From Candidatus Berkelbacteria bacterium (GTDB lineage Bacteria > Patescibacteriota > UBA1384 > XYA2-FULL-43-10 > CAINNR01), in assembly GCA_026397235.1 (NCBI GenBank), contig JAPLVG010000016.1, forward strand, positions 4,121-50,980: a stretch of 46,860 nucleotides of DNA, read 5' to 3'. Shown piece after piece: positions 18,800-27,728 of this stretch (positions within the stretch are counted from its first letter, which is position 1; every line of letters starts with the position of its first letter). The position numbers and the translations under genes were made by a program. The notes beneath the pieces are model-generated. The model did no database searches. It was not told where the DNA came from and saw only the letters and a program-made list of their open reading frames with translations.

Positions 18800-19229
18800 A
18801 TGAAGACTAAAAAACCAATTCTTTGCAGTGCATGTTTGTTGGGCGTAAATTGTCGTTATGACGGTAAAACAAAAACCAACGACAAAGTTTTGGCGTTAGC
18901 AAAAACAGAAACACTGATTCCGGTTTGTCCGGAGCAACTTGGCGGACAGTCGACGCCACGGCCGGATGCGGAAATTGTCGGCAAAAAAGTTTTGGAATCA
19001 AACGGCAAAGACGTAACGTCAGAGTTTCAAAAAGGTGCAAAAGAAGTTTTGAAAATTGCTAAACTTTTAAATATCGAAAAAGCAATCCTAAAACAACGAA
19101 GCCCATCGTGCGGTTCAGGGCAAAATTTATGACGGCAGTTTCTCCCATCAAATAATTTCCGGCGATGGAATCACGACCAAGTTACTGCGAAAAAACGGCA
19201 TCGAAATAATTTCGGAAGAGGAATTATGA
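18800..19229 (+). CDS. DUF523 family protein (2-thiouracil desulfurase-like), one frameshift near 19120
   Basis: SACLLGVNCRYDG, VCPEQLGG, LKQRSPSCG. The shifted frame continues IYDGSFS...GDGITTKLLRKNGI to TGA at 19229. Confidence 0.85.
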
Positions 19230-19876
19230 GTGCGTACTTACTTGGAAATTTGATGTTTATTGTTGTCTGGGTTGTCCTATTTTTGAAATTTCCAAAAACT
19301 AAAAAACTCCAGCTTTTTGGCAGTGTATTACTTTTACCGTTTGCAGTTCTTGATTTTTGGTTCCGGCCAAATTATTGGCATCCGCCCCTACTAATTCATC
19401 AAATTGAGCCACTCTCACTCGAAACAGCAGTTTATTGCTTTGTTGCCGGTGGGATTGTGATTGTTGTTGGCAGTTGGATTTCAAAAACGAAAGACCAGTT
19501 CAAAATCAACTGGAAGAATCTGATATATTTTTTGGTGATTTCTTTTGGATTTTATGCGATTTTTCAAAGTTTTCTGGTATCGAACGCAATGAATAATTTG
19601 AATTTCTCATTCTTGACTATTTGGTTGGTTTTATTGCTGACAAATCCGAAAGAAAATATCAAAAGTTTAATTCCAGCTGCGATTTTCGCCATTTTTACTA
19701 TAGTTGCCATTAATTTTGCACTGATTTTTTATCCGAACTTTGTGGTGCAGTACTGGAATCTGCCAAAACTTTGGCGAACATTTTTGTGGACACCAACGGA
19801 AGAAATATTTTTTGCCGGAATCTTGGCAGCACTTTGGTCGGTCTTACCAAAATATTTAACACATGAAAAAGCTTAA
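19226..19876 (+). CDS. multi-pass membrane protein, lycopene-cyclase-domain-like
   Basis: About 7 TM helices; two halves with W..P...LE and W.....PTEEIFF motifs. Confidence 0.6.
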   Translation: MSAYLLGNLMFIVVWVVLFLKFPKTKKLQLFGSVLLLPFAVLDFWFRPNYWHPPLLIHQIEPLSLETAVYCFVAGGIVIVVGSWISKTKDQFKINWKNLIYFLVISFGFYAIFQSFLVSNAMNNLNFSFLTIWLVLLLTNPKENIKSLIPAAIFAIFTIVAINFALIFYPNFVVQYWNLPKLWRTFLWTPTEEIFFAGILAALWSVLPKYLTHEKA

Positions 19877-20192
19877 ATTTGCTGAAAAATTGGTGCCGCT
19901 GATATTGTCTGGCGAGAAAACTTCGACTTGGCGGCTTTTTGATGATAAAGATTTATCTGTTGGCGATAAAGTAGAATTTATCAATTCCGAAACTGGAGAT
20001 AATTTTGCAGATGTGAAAATTATTAGCGTTGGTGAAAAAACTTTTGCCGATATTACCGAGGCTGATTTTGAAACTCACGAAACATATTCATCAAAAGACG
20101 AAATGTTAAAAACTTACCGCGGATATTACGGTGAGATAGTTGACAAAAACACGAAAGTAAAAATTATAAAATTCAAATTGATCCAAAATTAA
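19863..20192 (+). CDS. ASCH domain protein
   Basis: LKF...ILSGEKTSTWR..D...GD signature. Confidence 0.85.
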   Translation: MKKLKFAEKLVPLILSGEKTSTWRLFDDKDLSVGDKVEFINSETGDNFADVKIISVGEKTFADITEADFETHETYSSKDEMLKTYRGYYGEIVDKNTKVKIIKFKLIQN

Positions 20193-20313
20193 TATCTTAC
20201 TACCGTACTCTAGAGTATAGTAGTAAAAAAATAATCAAAATATATTTGTGATATTTTTTGTTGACTTTTTGGCATAAATTGTCTATACTCTTGGCAGGAA
20301 AGGTGAGAAACCC

Positions 20314-20508
20314 ATGGTCAATGATACTAGTCAAGTTCAGTGGCCGAAAACAAAGGCTGGTGTCGCGATTCTGATCATCTGCACTGTTGCCGGATTGGCA
20401 TTGATCGCGTTTTTGCTGGCGGCTTGCGGTGCCTTTAGTCAAATCGGTCATGAGATTAACTCCCCGACCTGGCCGAACTGGCATCTGCCGGATTTGTGGG
20501 GTGGATAA
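20314..20508 (+). CDS. small single-TM hypothetical protein
   Basis: 64-aa ORF with upstream TTGACT-17-TATACT promoter and AAGGTGA RBS. Confidence 0.55.
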   Translation: MVNDTSQVQWPKTKAGVAILIICTVAGLALIAFLLAACGAFSQIGHEINSPTWPNWHLPDLWGG

Positions 20509-20511
20509 GCA

Positions 20512-20646
20512 ATGAAACGCGAACGCCCAAAAGTCAGATGGTGGCTGGTTGTTGTAATTCTGCTGGCGGTATTGATCTATCTCATCGGGATTTCTTCCTG
20601 TGGGGCGAAAATGCTCGATGGGATAATGGTTGCGGCCTGTGACTAA
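20512..20646 (+). CDS. small single-TM hypothetical protein (44 aa, not in the ORF track)
   Basis: MKRERPKVRWWLVVVILLAVLIYLIGISSCGAKMLDGIMVAACD*. Starts 3 nt after the previous stop and is followed by a hairpin plus T8. Confidence 0.5.
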   Translation: MKRERPKVRWWLVVVILLAVLIYLIGISSCGAKMLDGIMVAACD

Positions 20647-20713
20647 ATGGTTTGCCTGATTGGCGAGCCATTTTTTTTAATTTTATTCATTGATGTGATA
20701 TATTTAGTTCGCT

Positions 20714-21358
20714 ATGAAAACAATTGATGATCTTTTGCAATTAACGACAAAAATTTACGGCATCGGTGACGACCGTCTTTACGATTTGACGGATTTATTT
20801 TATTATCAGCAAAAGTGGCTTTTGCGTTATATTGATGATAAAAAACATGGTCGAAGGGATTCGGCTAGCGGAAAATTAATGGTTTCACTGGCTTGGTATT
20901 TTGCCATTATCAGTCGTTTTCGAATCGATTTGCAAAAATTGTTGGAAAAAAGGTATTCGTACAAATGCCCGTTTTGTCTTGAAATTCCCTGCGACTGCCA
21001 GAAATCGGTGAGAAAAAAATCACAAAAAACCGGTCGACCGGTTTCCGGAAATCCAACAAGTTTGGCGGGTTGGCAGAAAGTTATCGGAAAAATTTATCCT
21101 GCCGAGCTAATTGAATTTCGAAATTTGGAAATTTTGCGACAGCAAGATGTTTTTCATCAAACTTTCCGCCGTTTTCGCCAATCATCGGGCAAAAGAAACT
21201 TGCACGAAATCGAAATTGCCAGCGCTGATTATTTTGTCGAGCTTTTAAAAATCGCCAACAATTTGCAGATTGACATTGCCAGCGAATATTTCCAATTTTT
21301 CTCCGCTGGCTGTTTCGTCTGCCACTCTACACCGTGCGAATGTTTTTACAGCGAATGA
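20714..21358 (+). CDS. tandem MazG-like helical protein with two CxxC-x3-PCxC clusters
   Basis: Two similar halves ending in CPFCLEIPCDC and CFVCHSTPCEC, with ...WQKVIGKIY... and EIASADYF. Confidence 0.55.
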   Translation: MKTIDDLLQLTTKIYGIGDDRLYDLTDLFYYQQKWLLRYIDDKKHGRRDSASGKLMVSLAWYFAIISRFRIDLQKLLEKRYSYKCPFCLEIPCDCQKSVRKKSQKTGRPVSGNPTSLAGWQKVIGKIYPAELIEFRNLEILRQQDVFHQTFRRFRQSSGKRNLHEIEIASADYFVELLKIANNLQIDIASEYFQFFSAGCFVCHSTPCECFYSE

Positions 21359-21368
21359 ATCAATTATT

Positions 21369-21416
21369 GGAGTTCAAGCTTCGGCTTGTTTAAAAACAAA
21401 CTAAAGTTTGCTCTCC
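21369..21416. repeat. REP-like palindrome GGAGT.CAAGCTT...CTAAAG.TTG.CTCC
   Basis: Imperfect palindrome; related copy at 46713-46799. Confidence 0.55.
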
Positions 21417-21529
21417 GATTTTAAAATTGTTGTCAATAAATAATCAAATAGTTCTACTTTTTGCCCTGAATAGAGTCGAAGGGTATTTTTAAATTGATGA
21501 AAGCACTTTAACAAAGGAGTGGTGACGAA

Positions 21530-22006
21530 ATGCAAAAGGTTTCACTTGTTGGCAGTTTGTATCAGCTTGAATTGGAAGGCGATCGATATGATTTTGAGGA
21601 TTCATTTGGTATCGGTTATATGGAACACACCAGTTACTATTTTCGCTGGAGAGGGAATGGCCGATTGACCAGATTTAGCGACCAAGCAAGTTGGAAATTT
21701 GCTTTCAAAACGCCGGCGATAAATAAGTGGAGCAACTGGTCAGGTTTTTATCGCGTGTCGCTGGAGCGGAATGTTTTCATTACCATTGACGGCGAATCAC
21801 GGAAACCAGTAGATCACAACAAAATAATTGATCTGAAAAAAGTTGTTGATATGCTGGTTGAAGATATTTTCCGCCAGACGAGAAAATCACAGGAGCGAAT
21901 TCCGCCGGTGTTCATTGATCCACTGGATATAAACGAACTGCGGAAACTTGGAGTTCTGCCGATGCCGGATGGACAATTCGCAATGGCGGAACTTACCAAA
22001 GAATGA
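21530..22006 (+). CDS. hypothetical protein
   Basis: 158-aa ORF with AAGGAG RBS and a terminator hairpin GGGATGGAA/TTCCATCCC at about 22018-22045. Confidence 0.65.
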   Translation: MQKVSLVGSLYQLELEGDRYDFEDSFGIGYMEHTSYYFRWRGNGRLTRFSDQASWKFAFKTPAINKWSNWSGFYRVSLERNVFITIDGESRKPVDHNKIIDLKKVVDMLVEDIFRQTRKSQERIPPVFIDPLDINELRKLGVLPMPDGQFAMAELTKE

Positions 22007-22124
22007 ACCAAACCTCAGGGATGGAAAAACTTCCATCCCATTTTTATTGTGTTATATTAAAGTTAGAATCCATTAGATAAGTTTGCCACGGCAGGAAGCC
22101 TCGCAATGACAAAACCAAAAAATT

Positions 22125-23852
22125 ATGAACGAAGTTGAGGAAATAAAGAATAAAATTGATATCGTTGATTTGGTCGGCGGTTATTTAACGTTGAAAAAAG
22201 CCGGTGTTAATTACAAAGGACTCTGTCCGTTTCACAATGAAAAAACGCCGTCATTTATGGTTTCGGCTGAGCGGCAATCATTTAAATGTTTCGGTTGCGG
22301 TAAAGGTGGTGATGTTTTTACTTTCATTGAAGAAATTGAGGGCATGGATTTCTATGATTCACTAAAACTTTTAGCAGGCAAAGCTGGAGTCGAATTAAAA
22401 CAAAAAAGCGGGTTAAAATACGCCGGCAGGGAAGTTGCGCCAACTGAAAAATCAAAGATTTACGATATTAACGATTTAGCTGCTAAACTTTATCACAAAC
22501 TGCTGATTGATCACCCAAAAGCGCAGTATGCGCGTAAATACCTCCGGGATCGTGGTATTTCAGAAAAAACAATACTGGACTGGAGAATCGGTTATGCGCC
22601 AAAAACTTGGGATCTTTTAATTAAATTCTTGGCGGCTAAAGGTTTTAATGAAAAAGATATTTTTAAAGCTGGTTTGTTAGTTCTGGGTGAAAAGGGAAAA
22701 TATTGGGACCGCTTTCGCGGTCGAATAATGTTTCCAATTTCCAATATCTCCGGTCAAGTTGTAGCATTTACCGGCCGAGTTTTGGAAGATGATCCCAAGG
22801 CGGCAAAATATGTCAATTCTGCCGAGTCACCAATTTATATCAAAGGCAAAACTATTTATGCATTGGATCGGGCGCGAATCGACATCCGGGCGCAGAATTG
22901 CGCTTTGCTGGTTGAGGGTCAAATGGACGCACTGGCTTGTCATCAAGCCGGTTTCAAAAATGTCGTTGCCGTTTCCGGTACAGCGCTGACACAGGACCAA
23001 CTAAAAATTCTTGCCCGCTACAGTCCAAATATTGTTTTTTCGTTCGACTCTGACACCGCCGGGAAAACTGCACTAAAACGGGCAATCACCATGGCAATGC
23101 AAAATGACATTAACGCCAAAGTTTTGTCATTGCCTGGTTTTAAAGATCCAGATGAAGCGATAAAATCTGACGTGAAGAATTTCGAAGTTGCTATCAAATC
23201 TGCCAAGCCAGCACTGGAACACTGGATTGACTCATTGGTTTTAGAATTGGGAATAACTGATGTCGCGGCTAAAAAAACAATATCAAAAGAGATTTTGCCA
23301 GTGATTAAAATTATCTCAAACGATATTGAAAAAGAGCACTATAGTAAATATCTGGCGAAAAAGTTGGCAATGTCGGAAACAGCAATTATTGGGCAGCTAG
23401 ATAAAACAAAAGGAAATATTGAAGAATCAAGGAATCAAGGAATTGATAGATCCAAGTTAACCTACGAACAACGAGTCGCCGGTCTGGTCTGGCAAGAAAA
23501 AAAATTAGCTGACAAAATTCCAAAAAATTTCTTTGATCTAAATTTTCAGGACGAGGCTGCTGAGACATTTTTCGAATCGATTAAATCTAATATTGATTAC
23601 CAAAAGCTTCCGGTTGAGGTTAAATCCAAACTCGATCTGTACGCTTTTGAAGCAACAAAGGAGCTGGATTTAGACGAAGAAGATATTATCAATAAAGAAT
23701 TTGATTCATTGCTCCGAACATATGTCGATAAAAAACGGGAGCTTGTTAAGATTGATTTTGCTCAACAGATTGCCGCCGCTGAAGCCGCCGGTGACCGGGA
23801 GAAAATTAAAGAGTTGATGCGTGAGCTTCAAAGTGCTATAGTAGATAAGTAA
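22125..23852 (+). CDS. dnaG: DNA primase
   Basis: CPFHNEKTPSF..CFGC zinc finger, DRFRGRIMFPI, KYVNS, VEGQMD, FDSD TOPRIM, KDPD. Confidence 0.98.
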   Translation: MNEVEEIKNKIDIVDLVGGYLTLKKAGVNYKGLCPFHNEKTPSFMVSAERQSFKCFGCGKGGDVFTFIEEIEGMDFYDSLKLLAGKAGVELKQKSGLKYAGREVAPTEKSKIYDINDLAAKLYHKLLIDHPKAQYARKYLRDRGISEKTILDWRIGYAPKTWDLLIKFLAAKGFNEKDIFKAGLLVLGEKGKYWDRFRGRIMFPISNISGQVVAFTGRVLEDDPKAAKYVNSAESPIYIKGKTIYALDRARIDIRAQNCALLVEGQMDALACHQAGFKNVVAVSGTALTQDQLKILARYSPNIVFSFDSDTAGKTALKRAITMAMQNDINAKVLSLPGFKDPDEAIKSDVKNFEVAIKSAKPALEHWIDSLVLELGITDVAAKKTISKEILPVIKIISNDIEKEHYSKYLAKKLAMSETAIIGQLDKTKGNIEESRNQGIDRSKLTYEQRVAGLVWQEKKLADKIPKNFFDLNFQDEAAETFFESIKSNIDYQKLPVEVKSKLDLYAFEATKELDLDEEDIINKEFDSLLRTYVDKKRELVKIDFAQQIAAAEAAGDREKIKELMRELQSAIVDK

Positions 23853-23871
23853 AATCATTAAGCGGAAGTAA

Positions 23872-23935
23872 GCCCACTGATCTTTGACACAGATGGGACA
23901 CAGATCTGTGAATTATCTGTGTAGTTGATCTGTGG
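23872..23935. repeat. CACAGA/TCTGTG palindromic intergenic element
   Basis: CCACTGA..ACACAGA..ACACAGA / TCTGTG..TCTGTG..TCTGTGG. Confidence 0.75.
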
Positions 23936-23955
23936 ACTTACCTCAAAATAAATCA

Positions 23956-25065
23956 ATGGCCAAAAAGGTAATAAAATATATCAAAGAGGAACCGTTGCCT
24001 TTTGCTCCGGAAGTTAATCGCTTGATTGATAAGGGTAAGGCTCACGGTTTTGTTATGATAAATGAACTCTTGCAGGTTTTTCCAGAGGCGGAAAATGACG
24101 TTGGCACTTTGGATGAGGTTTTTGATTACCTAATTGAACATGGTATTGATATTCAGGAAGAGCAAAAAACCTCGATTTTAGGTACTATTATCGAAAAAAA
24201 TCGTGGTGAAGGCGATATTCTGGAAGGGCTAGAATCAATCTCTGATGATTCTGTCCGAATGTATTTGCGCGAAATTGGTAGAATTCCGCTTTTAAAAACT
24301 GAAGATGAAGTTCGTCTAGCGAAACGAATTGAAAAGGGTGATCAGTTAGCAAAACGCCGACTGGCTGAAGCTAATTTGCGGCTTGTAGTTTCTATCGCTA
24401 AAAAATATATTGGTCGAGGATTGTCGCTCTTGGACGCTATCCAAGAAGGAAATACCGGTTTGATGCGAGCGGTAGAAAAATTTGATTATAAAAAAGGTTA
24501 TAAATTTTCAACTTATGCCACCTGGTGGATTCGTCAGGCAATTACTCGCGCCATTGCCGATCAAGCCAGAACTATCCGGATTCCGGTTCATATGATTGAA
24601 ACAATTAATAAATTAATTCGTGTTCAGCGCCAGTTAGTTCAAGACTTAGGTCGCGAACCGCTACCGGAAGAAATTGCCCATGAATTGGGAATTGAAGTTG
24701 ATAAAGTCGAACATATTATCAAAATCTCACAGGAAACAGTTTCGCTTGAATCGCCGGTTGGCGAAGAATCAGACTCAAAACTTGGCGATTTTATCGAAGA
24801 CGACAAAAATCTCTCTCCTGAGGAAAATGCCATTTATCAACTTTTGAAAGGTGATGTTAACCGCTTTTTGGAAGTACTTTCTCCGCGCGAACAGAAAGTT
24901 TTGAAGATGCGTTTTGGCTTGGAAACTGGTCGGACTCATACATTGGAAGAAGTTGGAAAAGAGTTCGGTGTTACTCGCGAACGGATCCGGCAAATCGAAG
25001 CTAAGTCATTACAAAAACTAAAGAAATCCGAATCTTCTGAAAATCTGCATAATTATCTCAAGTAA
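23956..25065 (+). CDS. rpoD: RNA polymerase primary sigma factor
   Basis: [56 protein letters not shown]; follows dnaG. Confidence 0.98.
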   Translation: MAKKVIKYIKEEPLPFAPEVNRLIDKGKAHGFVMINELLQVFPEAENDVGTLDEVFDYLIEHGIDIQEEQKTSILGTIIEKNRGEGDILEGLESISDDSVRMYLREIGRIPLLKTEDEVRLAKRIEKGDQLAKRRLAEANLRLVVSIAKKYIGRGLSLLDAIQEGNTGLMRAVEKFDYKKGYKFSTYATWWIRQAITRAIADQARTIRIPVHMIETINKLIRVQRQLVQDLGREPLPEEIAHELGIEVDKVEHIIKISQETVSLESPVGEESDSKLGDFIEDDKNLSPEENAIYQLLKGDVNRFLEVLSPREQKVLKMRFGLETGRTHTLEEVGKEFGVTRERIRQIEAKSLQKLKKSESSENLHNYLK

Positions 25066-25249
25066 CGAAAGTGATCAGCGAGTTTTTGTAAATTTCTAGG
25101 CGCTTTTTTCCTGCTCCTGTCGGATGCGGAAAGCGCTTGCGACCGTCGAAATTTAAAAAACTCGCTGGTTTTATAACCATAAAAAAAGGCGCGCCGGCAA
25201 AGGCGCGTTTTGGGTGTGTTGATAACCCAAGTCCATCAGTTATAATCGA

Positions 25250-25429
25250 CTAATGGTTTGAGTAAAGCCAGTTACGAGCCCAGCTTCGAATCTGCCGGTC
25301 CCGATCAATCAGCAACTGCCCGAGAGGTGAATCATTGGCAAATCCATGATCACCACTACCGACGGACTTTGTCAGGTCGCTGTCCAGCCAGAGTGCCAGA
25401 AGGATGAGTTGCCTGGCAAGCCATTTCAT
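25250..25429 (-). CDS. small hypothetical protein (59 aa, not in the ORF track)
   Basis: MKWLARQLILLALWLDSD...NWLYSNH*. GGAGG RBS, TTGACC-17-TAGTAT upstream, terminator at 25181-25211. Confidence 0.55.
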   Translation of the reverse strand: MKWLARQLILLALWLDSDLTKSVGSGDHGFANDSPLGQLLIDRDRQIRSWARNWLYSNH

Positions 25430-25495
25430 TTCCGATTGCCTCCAGTATTTACGCGGTTTGACAATATACTATTATATAAACTGTTTTTGGTCAAG

Positions 25496-25540
25496 ATTTC
25501 CGACCGATTTTGATCGATCGGTCACAATCGGTCGGAAAAT
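25496..25540. repeat. CGATCG-centred palindromic repeat, copy A
   Basis: TTCCGACCGATTTTGATCGATCGGTCACAATCGGTCGGAA, a close match to 43698 and 44295. Confidence 0.85.
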
Positions 25541-25567
25541 TGGTTTTGTTGATAAATACTTAAGTTG

Positions 25568-25597
25568 TTGACAGAATAACTGGTCATCAGTTATAGT
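25568..25597 (+). promoter_or_regulatory. promoter with overlapping operator palindrome for the AbrB-ABC operon
   Basis: TTGACA-18-TATAGT. The inverted repeat ATAACTG-N5-CAGTTAT (25576-25594) spans the spacer and -10 box. Confidence 0.6.
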
Positions 25598-25627
25598 TAT
25601 TTTACTGATCATATAATTCATACAAGT

Positions 25628-25855
25628 ATGTTAGACAAAGAATTTTTTGGATCGACGACAATTGGCGAACGCGGACAAGTTGTTATCCCAATTGAAGCAA
25701 GAAAAGCGCTTAATGTAGAAAAAGGAGAAAAGCTTTTAGTTTTTGGTGTTCACAAAGATACAATTGTTATTACCAAGCTTTCCTCTTTCAAAAAGATGTC
25801 AGCTGAAATGGCAAAACGTCAAAAAGATATTGAAGGAATGCTGGAAAAATTATAA
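25628..25855 (+). CDS. AbrB/MazE/SpoVT family DNA-binding protein
   Basis: TTIGERGQVVIPIEARKALNVEKGEKL. Confidence 0.9.
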   Translation: MLDKEFFGSTTIGERGQVVIPIEARKALNVEKGEKLLVFGVHKDTIVITKLSSFKKMSAEMAKRQKDIEGMLEKL

Positions 25856-25922
25856 TCAATCCATTGTATTAAGATTGCCGCGAGCCAAAAAACATCGGCT
25901 CTCGCAATGACGAACCAAAAAT

Positions 25923-27728
25923 ATGCTAAAACTGTTTAAATATCTTAAACCTTATTGGTTACTAATCACTGCACTGGTGATTTTGGTTTTTGCTATGGTG
26001 GCGTTGAATTTGCAACTGCCGGATTACATGGCAAAAATCATTAATGAAGGAATTGTAAATCAAAATACCTCATCGGTTTATCACAACGGTTTAATAATGC
26101 TCTTGTTGGCCCTTGGAGCTGCGGCTTGCACTGTCGTCGTTGGTTTTTTAGCGGCGCGAATTGGCACCGGTTTTGCTCGGGATGTTCGGAATAAAATATT
26201 TGCCCAAGTTGAAAGTTTTTCCTTGGTTGAATTTAACAAATTTTCAACTGCGTCGTTAATCACTCGTTCTACAAATGATGTGCAGCAAATTCAGATGGTC
26301 TTGGTTTTGATGTTGAGATTGGTTTTAATGGCACCGATTACAGCAGTTTGGGCTGTCTATAAAGCTTATGCCTTGGCACCATCACTTTCCTGGATTATCG
26401 CCTTAGCGGTAGTCGCTCTGCTTGGTGTCATTACCACAATGTTCACTGTCGCCTTACCAAAATTCAAAATTCTACAAAAATTAGTGGATAAATTAAATTT
26501 AGTGACGCGGGAAAATTTGACCGGTTTGCGAGTGATTCGGGCCTTTAATAACGAAAAATTGGAGCAGGGAAAATTCGAACAAGCCAATGTTGAATTGACT
26601 GCTGCCAATCTTTTTGTCAACCGCTTGATGGTTGTTATGCAACCGGTAATGATGGTGGTTTTCAATTTAACGGCAATTACAATCGTTTGGGTTGGCGCTA
26701 AGCTTATCGGCAACGGCAGTTTAGAAGTCGGCAATATGATCGCTTTCATGCAATACGCAATGCAAGTTATAATGTCATTCCTAATGATTTCAATCATCTT
26801 TATTATGGTGCCGCGGGCCTCAGTTTCCGCCGGCCGAGTTTCTGAAGTAATCGAAACCGAACCGGTAATTAAAAATCCAAAGAGTCTTGAGGATATTAGC
26901 GGTAAAAAGGGCGGAGTTGTTGAATTTAAAAATGTCAGCTTCCAATACCCGACTGCCGACACGCCGGTGCTTTGTGATATTAATTTTACTGCCAATTCTG
27001 GCGAAACCACAGCCTTTATCGGCTCGACTGGATCGGGAAAATCAACTTTGATCAATTTAATCCCGCGATTTTATGATGTCTCAGAAGGTAAAGTTTTGAT
27101 TGATGGTGTTGATGTTCGCCAAATGAAATTAGAGGATTTATACTCAAAGATCGGATATGTCCCGCAGAAACCAGTGCTGTTTTCTGGAACCGTAGAATCA
27201 AATATTAAATATGGCGCGCCAAATTCATCCGAAACAGATGTGAAAAAAGTGGCAGAAATTTCTCAGGCCGAGGAATTTATCAAAAATTTGCCGGAAAAAT
27301 ATCAAAATGAAATCGCTCAAGGTGGTGCTAATGTTTCCGGCGGCCAAAAACAGCGATTATCAATTGCCAGAGCACTGGCACGGAAGCCGGAAATTTATAT
27401 TTTCGATGACAGTTTTTCGGCGCTTGATTTCAAAACTGACGCGGCATTACGCAAAGCTTTGAAGTCGGAAACAAAAAATAAAACCGTTTTAATCGTTGCC
27501 CAGAGAATTGCTACAATTTTGTCGGCGGAAAAAATTATTGTTTTGGAGGAAGGTAAAATTGCTGGTGTTGGGAATCACTCTGAACTGATGAAGTTTTGCG
27601 ATGTTTACAGAGAAATCGCGTTATCACAATTATCTGAAGAAGAATTGGCTAAATATCAAATCGATGTTGATGCCGAAAAAGCTAAAATTGAGCGCCATGA
27701 AAGTTTGGTGGCGAAAGGCGGGATATGA
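25923..27728 (+). CDS. heterodimeric ABC exporter subunit 1 (TMD+NBD)
   Basis: 6-TM domain, GSTGSGKS, SGGQKQR, degenerate IFDD and AQR. Confidence 0.95.
   Translation: MLKLFKYLKPYWLLITALVILVFAMVALNLQLPDYMAKIINEGIVNQNTSSVYHNGLIMLLLALGAAACTVVVGFLAARIGTGFARDVRNKIFAQVESFSLVEFNKFSTASLITRSTNDVQQIQMVLVLMLRLVLMAPITAVWAVYKAYALAPSLSWIIALAVVALLGVITTMFTVALPKFKILQKLVDKLNLVTRENLTGLRVIRAFNNEKLEQGKFEQANVELTAANLFVNRLMVVMQPVMMVVFNLTAITIVWVGAKLIGNGSLEVGNMIAFMQYAMQVIMSFLMISIIFIMVPRASVSAGRVSEVIETEPVIKNPKSLEDISGKKGGVVEFKNVSFQYPTADTPVLCDINFTANSGETTAFIGSTGSGKSTLINLIPRFYDVSEGKVLIDGVDVRQMKLEDLYSKIGYVPQKPVLFSGTVESNIKYGAPNSSETDVKKVAEISQAEEFIKNLPEKYQNEIAQGGANVSGGQKQRLSIARALARKPEIYIFDDSFSALDFKTDAALRKALKSETKNKTVLIVAQRIATILSAEKIIVLEEGKIAGVGNHSELMKFCDVYREIALSQLSEEELAKYQIDVDAEKAKIERHESLVAKGGI

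Noticed and set aside
26366-27055. 229-aa antisense ORF and similar antisense ORFs within conserved genes
   Set aside because: Typical reverse-frame shadows of ABC and other core genes, with no independent signals.
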